From the NCBI GenBank assembly GCA_965657945.1, contig CBFHPW010000001.1:2948-66947 (forward strand): a stretch of DNA of 64,000 nt, in the 5' to 3' direction. Below the pieces are notes generated by a model that had not been told where the DNA came from, did not search any database, and was given only the letters and a program-made list of their open reading frames with translations. The DNA is from Flavobacteriales bacterium. GTDB lineage: Bacteria; Bacteroidota; Bacteroidia; Flavobacteriales_D; CAJJDF01. Each line of letters begins with the position of its first letter. Positions within the stretch are counted from its first letter, which is position 1. Of this stretch, positions 59,767 through 64,000 are shown one piece after another. Made by a program: the position numbers and the translations under genes.

Positions 59767-61314
59767 ATGAAATTCAAGTATCTATTACTCTCGGTCCTCA
59801 CATTTTTTAGCGCTCATTCTTTTGCTCAAGAAGGATTTGATGATTTTGATGATGTTTATTCGGATAATACAAGACCTGTTTTTTCATCCAATTCAAATGA
59901 GTCTAGTTCAGACGAATATGTAAAAGGAGAGGATCCTGCGACTTGGATAGAGCAAGATGAATATTATGACCCTTCTTTTAGTTCAACATCCGATTCGAGT
60001 TCAGGCAATACCTACATTACGAACAACTATTACGGTGGGAATTACCACTACTCTAATAGATTCAATAGATTTAATAATGTGAATAATGGATGGAATGATC
60101 CTTATTGGAACAATGGATGGAATTCTTGGGGAAACCCAGGTTGGAATTCATGGGGAGCTCCTGGATGGAACGTTGGTTGGAACTCATGGAACGGATGGGG
60201 GGTAGGTTATAATGTAGGTTGGGGAAATCCAACCCGATTTAATCGATGGAACAGATGGAATAGTGGATGGGGTGTTGGATGGAATAATCCTTATGCTTGG
60301 GGCGGATGGAATCCATACAATCCATACATGAATTATGGATGGGGTTATAACGGTTGGAATAATGGTTGGGCATACAACCAAGGTTTCACTCATGGAGTTT
60401 TGGCTGCTAATGGAGGTGGATTTGAATCAAATTCTAGAGGAGTTTCATATGGTCACAGAGGAAGTAGAGGGACTGGAACAAGGGTGTCCTCTGTTTATGG
60501 AGATCGAAGAGCTGGTGCAAGAGTTTATCGTTCTTCTGGAAAAGCCATAAGCGCAAATGAAACAGCATACACTGGTGTTCAATCCGAAGGGTTTTCCATG
60601 AGAAAAGCTCAAACAGGAAGACTGACGGGTTCTGCTGAAAGAAACTTATCTCAAACTAGAAACAAGTCTATCGGTTTAGATAACGCTCCTAGAAGTTCAA
60701 ATTCTACGAGAGGATTGGACAGACAAGTTCAGAATAGAGGAAATGAGGTTAGAAATTCTAGACCTGTTTCCAGTGTTGCAACTCCAAGAACTTCTAGGCC
60801 AAGTATTTCAAATACTTCTTCTACAGGAAGGACGGTTCCTTCCAGAACGGGAGTTACTCCAAGAACCTCTGCGCCAAGAACTAATACAGCTAGACTTTCT
60901 CCTCCCAGAACCGTACCAAAAGGAAATTCAAGACCATCTTCAAGACCAAACAGAGTAGCAATAGGTTCTCCTTCCAGAGCAACAGTTGGTTCCAGTACAC
61001 CGAGAAGATCGGCACCAGCTACAAACAATAGGTTGAGTTCAACACCACCCTCCAGAAGATATACTCCTTCGCAGAGGTCGGTAACTCCCACGAGGTCCTA
61101 CCAGCCAAATAGAACTTCTCCATCAAGATCGAGAAGTTACAAACCAAGTAGAAGTACACCAAATAGAAGTTATTCACCGAGCAGAAGTACTCCTTCTAGA
61201 AGTTATACGCCAAGCCGAAGTACCACTCCTTCAAGAAGTAGCTCTTCGCCTTCCAGAAGTTCAGGAGGAAGCAGTAGAAGTTCTTCTGGGTCTTCAAGAG
61301 GCGGAAGAAGGTAA
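59767..61314 (+). CDS. Secreted tripartite low-complexity protein: acidic head, Trp-Asn-Gly repeat core, Ser/Arg/Pro/Thr-rich basic tail
   Basis: 515 aa. Signal peptide MKFKYLLLSVLTFFSAHSFAQ. D/E/S-rich residues 21-80. 20 Trp between residues 109 and 201 in GWN/WNSWG units. The remainder is S/R/T/P-rich with PSRSTPxRSY repeats and ends in RGGRR. Confidence 0.7.
   Translation: MKFKYLLLSVLTFFSAHSFAQEGFDDFDDVYSDNTRPVFSSNSNESSSDEYVKGEDPATWIEQDEYYDPSFSSTSDSSSGNTYITNNYYGGNYHYSNRFNRFNNVNNGWNDPYWNNGWNSWGNPGWNSWGAPGWNVGWNSWNGWGVGYNVGWGNPTRFNRWNRWNSGWGVGWNNPYAWGGWNPYNPYMNYGWGYNGWNNGWAYNQGFTHGVLAANGGGFESNSRGVSYGHRGSRGTGTRVSSVYGDRRAGARVYRSSGKAISANETAYTGVQSEGFSMRKAQTGRLTGSAERNLSQTRNKSIGLDNAPRSSNSTRGLDRQVQNRGNEVRNSRPVSSVATPRTSRPSISNTSSTGRTVPSRTGVTPRTSAPRTNTARLSPPRTVPKGNSRPSSRPNRVAIGSPSRATVGSSTPRRSAPATNNRLSSTPPSRRYTPSQRSVTPTRSYQPNRTSPSRSRSYKPSRSTPNRSYSPSRSTPSRSYTPSRSTTPSRSSSSPSRSSGGSSRSSSGSSRGGRR
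61144..61242 (+). repeat. Three tandem 33-nt coding repeats (PSRSTPNRSYS / PSRSTPSRSYT / PSRSTTPSRSS)
   Basis: Units at 61144-61176, 61177-61209 and 61210-61242 share the ccRagY-agaagta-c...agaagt pattern. A degenerate unit lies upstream (PSRSRSYK). Confidence 0.75.
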
Positions 61315-61344
61315 TTCAACAAAAAAATAGTTAAAACAAACAAC

Positions 61345-62820
61345 ATGAAAAGTTTATTTATTACTCTTTTGGGGATTTCTATGACCTCTTTGGTCTATTC
61401 TCAGAATGAGGCGGACGCTCTCAGATATAGCTATTTGAATTATAGCGGAACCGCAAGGTTTACTGGTTTAGGGGGCGCCATGGGAGCTTTAGGGGCTGAT
61501 ATGTCAGCGATTGGAATAAATCCTGCTGGAATGGGAAGATACAGTAGATCAGATTTTAGTTTTACGGGTAATGTAACCTATGCAGGAGCGGAGTCTGAGT
61601 ACAACAACTCATTTAGTTCAAGTAATAAAGGGAATTTTAATATCCCTAATATTGGAGCAGTTTTCGTGGTTCCTATTGATTTTAATAAAGCGAGTGTGTG
61701 GAGATATTTTCAAGTTGGTATTACCTCCAATAGATCGAATGATTTTCATGGGAGAACAAGGGCAGAAGGAGTGAATGATAACTCTATGTTACTCTCTTAC
61801 ACCAGCTTTTTGAACTCAAAAGGAACTCCGTTATCAGAAGTTTCAAATTTTTATGAAGGACAGGCATATGATGCTAATTTAATTTCATATGATTCAATAT
61901 CAAATACATATTCGCCTTGGTATGATACGGCCAATCGTTCGATCAACCAAATGAATGCCATTACCACCCGAGGTGCTCAATATCAAACGGATATAACTTT
62001 CAGCGGAAATTATGATGGTAAATTATACGTGGGGGGTAGTTTTGGTTTTCCAAGAATTCGGTATAATTCTACTAGAACTTTTACTGAAACTTTTGCAAAC
62101 CCAGATTCAATACTCGATACCGAGAATTATACATTTGAGGAGAACTTAACCACCACAGGGAATGGTTTTAATATTAAATTAGGAGCAATTTTTGTTCCTA
62201 CTAGATTTATAAGATTAGGACTGGCACTTCATACCCCAACCTGGTATACGATGAGTGATTCTTACAATACTGAGTTCATATCAAACTTCATTGATAATAG
62301 ATTTAATGAAAGGGCTGCATCTCCCGAAGGAATATTTGATTACCGCCTGAGAACACCAGGAAGATTAATCGCAAGTGCAGCATTTTTATATAAAAAACGA
62401 GGATTGATTTCATTGGAATATGAGTTGGTGGATTATTCCAATGCATCTTTAAATGGAGCTGCGGGAGCCATTTCACCTTATAACTTTAGCGCTGAAAATG
62501 CCACAGTAAATGATATCTATCAAACAGCAAATATTATAAAAGCTGGGGCGGAATTCCGAATGACAAATCATTGGACCATACGGGGAGGCTATACTCACTT
62601 TGGTTCCCCAATTAAGGAGGAAGTCGAGATTCTTGACCATTCCAGAACAAATTACTCGGGTGGACTAGGCTACAAAAATGAAAATTTCTCTATAGATTTT
62701 ACTTTTTTAAGAACTACGTGGAAAGAAGAGTCATACCTATACGATCCAGAGTTTGTAGAGCCGATAATTGCCGATAAATTTGTAAACAATTTTATGGTTA
62801 CTGCTGGATTTAGGTTTTAA
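61345..62820 (+). CDS. FadL/TodX/PorV-like outer-membrane beta-barrel protein
   Basis: 491 aa with a signal peptide. N-terminal GTARFTGLGGAMGALGADMSAIGINPAGMG motif typical of FadL/PorV-type barrels. C-terminal beta-signal ending in TAGFRF. Lies 30 nt downstream of the low-complexity gene. Confidence 0.6.
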   Translation: MKSLFITLLGISMTSLVYSQNEADALRYSYLNYSGTARFTGLGGAMGALGADMSAIGINPAGMGRYSRSDFSFTGNVTYAGAESEYNNSFSSSNKGNFNIPNIGAVFVVPIDFNKASVWRYFQVGITSNRSNDFHGRTRAEGVNDNSMLLSYTSFLNSKGTPLSEVSNFYEGQAYDANLISYDSISNTYSPWYDTANRSINQMNAITTRGAQYQTDITFSGNYDGKLYVGGSFGFPRIRYNSTRTFTETFANPDSILDTENYTFEENLTTTGNGFNIKLGAIFVPTRFIRLGLALHTPTWYTMSDSYNTEFISNFIDNRFNERAASPEGIFDYRLRTPGRLIASAAFLYKKRGLISLEYELVDYSNASLNGAAGAISPYNFSAENATVNDIYQTANIIKAGAEFRMTNHWTIRGGYTHFGSPIKEEVEILDHSRTNYSGGLGYKNENFSIDFTFLRTTWKEESYLYDPEFVEPIIADKFVNNFMVTAGFRF

Positions 62821-63052
62821 TCTATGTGTTCATTTAGTAACTTTTTTTGGTGAGTTACGGTAAGATATTCATGCATTATTTTTTATTTAAAATCGTGGTG
62901 CCACAAATGTTTCCACCTAGGATTGTAGCTATCGGTCTGTTTTTATACGAGAGGGCACCAAAAGTAATTTTCAAATCACATTTCAAATGTTCCTAGATTC
63001 TTTTTTCCATATCAATAGAGTTAGAATTATCAAAATTACCCTAATCGCTGAG

Positions 63053-63478
63053 ATGGTTTTTTTATTTTTGTTAAGCTGTCAAAAAAACAATTCAGGTTCT
63101 GATAGTTTATCCGATATACAACAAATAGAAAACTATATGCGGATTCAAGAAGACGCTTGGAATGAAGGAGATTTGGAAGGATTTATGCAGTTTTATTGGC
63201 AATCAGATTCGCTGAGATTTATAGGAAAAAGTGGATTAAATATGGGGTGGACTAAGACTTTGAATAATTACAAGTCTTCCTACCCTAATAAAAAGGAAAT
63301 GGGAACCTTGAAATTCACAAATAAAAGCCTTGACATTATAGGAGAACGGACTATCTTTGTAGTAGGTGAATGGTTGCTAATTAGGTCAGATAGCTTGGGA
63401 GACTTAAGCGGAATGTATAGTCTGATTTGGGAGAAAAAAAATAGCAATTGGGTGATAACCACAGACCATTCTAGTTAA
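63053..63478 (+). CDS. DUF4440/SnoaL-like (NTF2-fold) lipoprotein
   Basis: The ORF is open from 62987, but the ATG at 63053 gives MVFLFLLSCQKNN (lipobox). The core AWNEGDLEGFMQFYWQSD...WVITTDHSS fits the NTF2-like fold. Confidence 0.55.
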   Translation: MVFLFLLSCQKNNSGSDSLSDIQQIENYMRIQEDAWNEGDLEGFMQFYWQSDSLRFIGKSGLNMGWTKTLNNYKSSYPNKKEMGTLKFTNKSLDIIGERTIFVVGEWLLIRSDSLGDLSGMYSLIWEKKNSNWVITTDHSS

Positions 63479-63496
63479 CATAAAACAACAACCATA

Positions 63497-64000
63497 TTGA
63501 AAGACTCACTTCAACATTTAATCGCTGGACCGTGCAGTGCAGAAACGAGAGAACAGGTTTTGGCCACAGCAAAAGAATTAGCCGAGATTAAGGAATTGAC
63601 TTATTTCAGAGCTGGAATTTGGAAACCCAGAACAGCCCCTGGATCTTTCGAGGGAATAGGGAAAGAAGGATTGAACTGGCTCAAAGAGGCAAAAGATCAG
63701 TTTGGTTTGAAAACGATAACAGAAGTAGCAACTCCAGAGCACGTTGAGGCTTGTCTTAAAAATGGAGTAGATGCTCTTTGGATTGGAGCACGAACCACAG
63801 TAAATCCATTTTACGTACAGCAAATTGCAGATTCACTTAAAGGAGTAGATATTCCAATTTTTGTGAAGAATCCAATAAGTCCAGATGTGGGATTGTGGAT
63901 GGGTGCAATTGAGAGGTTCAAACTTGCCGGAAGCTCGAATATTGCCGTAATTCACAGGGGCTTTTTTTCTTATTCCAAGGGTGTTTTTAGAAATCCACCT
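63497..64000 (+). CDS. 3-deoxy-7-phosphoheptulonate (DAHP) synthase, type I-beta, 5' partial (runs off window)
   Basis: Open frame from a TTG at 63497 with no stop before 64000: KDSLQHLIAGPCSAETREQVL...YFRAGIWKPRTAPGSFEGIG...ITEVATPEHV...WIGARTTVNPF. The start codon is uncertain. The ORF track shows only a spurious antisense ORF here. Confidence 0.75.
   Translation, partial: MKDSLQHLIAGPCSAETREQVLATAKELAEIKELTYFRAGIWKPRTAPGSFEGIGKEGLNWLKEAKDQFGLKTITEVATPEHVEACLKNGVDALWIGARTTVNPFYVQQIADSLKGVDIPIFVKNPISPDVGLWMGAIERFKLAGSSNIAVIHRGFFSYSKGVFRNPP

Noticed and set aside
60184-61091. Four overlapping ORFs (60184-60393 minus, 60335-60550 plus, 60729-61091 minus, 60743-60958 plus) within the low-complexity gene.
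   Set aside because: The repetitive, stop-poor codon composition (TGG/AAT/GGA, then AGA/AGT/CCA) keeps several frames open. Only the 515-aa frame has a signal peptide and spans the region.
62896-62960. GC-rich 7-bp inverted repeat TGGTGCC...GGCACCA with a 51-nt loop, upstream of the DUF4440 gene. I considered it as a possible riboswitch or sRNA.
   Set aside because: The stem is short, the loop is very large, and I saw no further nested pairing or known riboswitch core. The evidence is too weak without covariation data.
63578-63823. 81-aa minus-strand ORF listed in the track.
   Set aside because: The plus strand here encodes an unmistakable DAHP synthase N-terminal region that runs off the window and so is missing from the track. 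The minus-strand ORF is its shadow.

Overview
AT-rich (roughly mid-30s % GC by eye) chromosomal segment with clear Bacteroidota, Flavobacteriia-like hallmarks: gldF/gldG, DUF1573, a GWxTD protein, bshB1, PorV/FadL-like barrels, a long NusB, and TAnnTTTG -7 promoter boxes. I could not identify the genus. Most of the window is densely packed housekeeping: parE/parC, secDF, yajC, nusB, coaE, ispH, mutS2, mutL, pheT, proS, rpsT, tRNA-Glu, lpxD, katG-oxyR, dps, rlmD, and a partial DAHP synthase at the 3' edge. I saw no CRISPR array, transposase, integrase, rRNA or prophage signal. Four loci go beyond routine annotation. (1) 59767-62820 is a two-gene module: a secreted, three-part low-complexity protein (acidic head, Trp-Asn-Gly repeat core, RS-like basic tail with 33-nt tandem repeats) followed by a FadL/PorV-like outer-membrane barrel. 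(2) 2138-9372 is a 7.4-kb wedge between parE and parC. It holds three large polytopic membrane proteins that share a C-terminal motif (two are clear GT-C/ArnT-like paralogs), a small beta-barrel protein, and a decayed internal fragment of one paralog. (3) 42883-45768 pairs a PorV/PorQ-like barrel with a barrel carrying N-terminal helix-hairpin-helix repeats. (4) There are unusual repair and redox variants: a MutS2 lacking Smr, a membrane-anchored MutS-like ATPase, a lipoprotein-type KatG and a long-form IspH. All functional calls rest on motifs read by eye. No database search was run.
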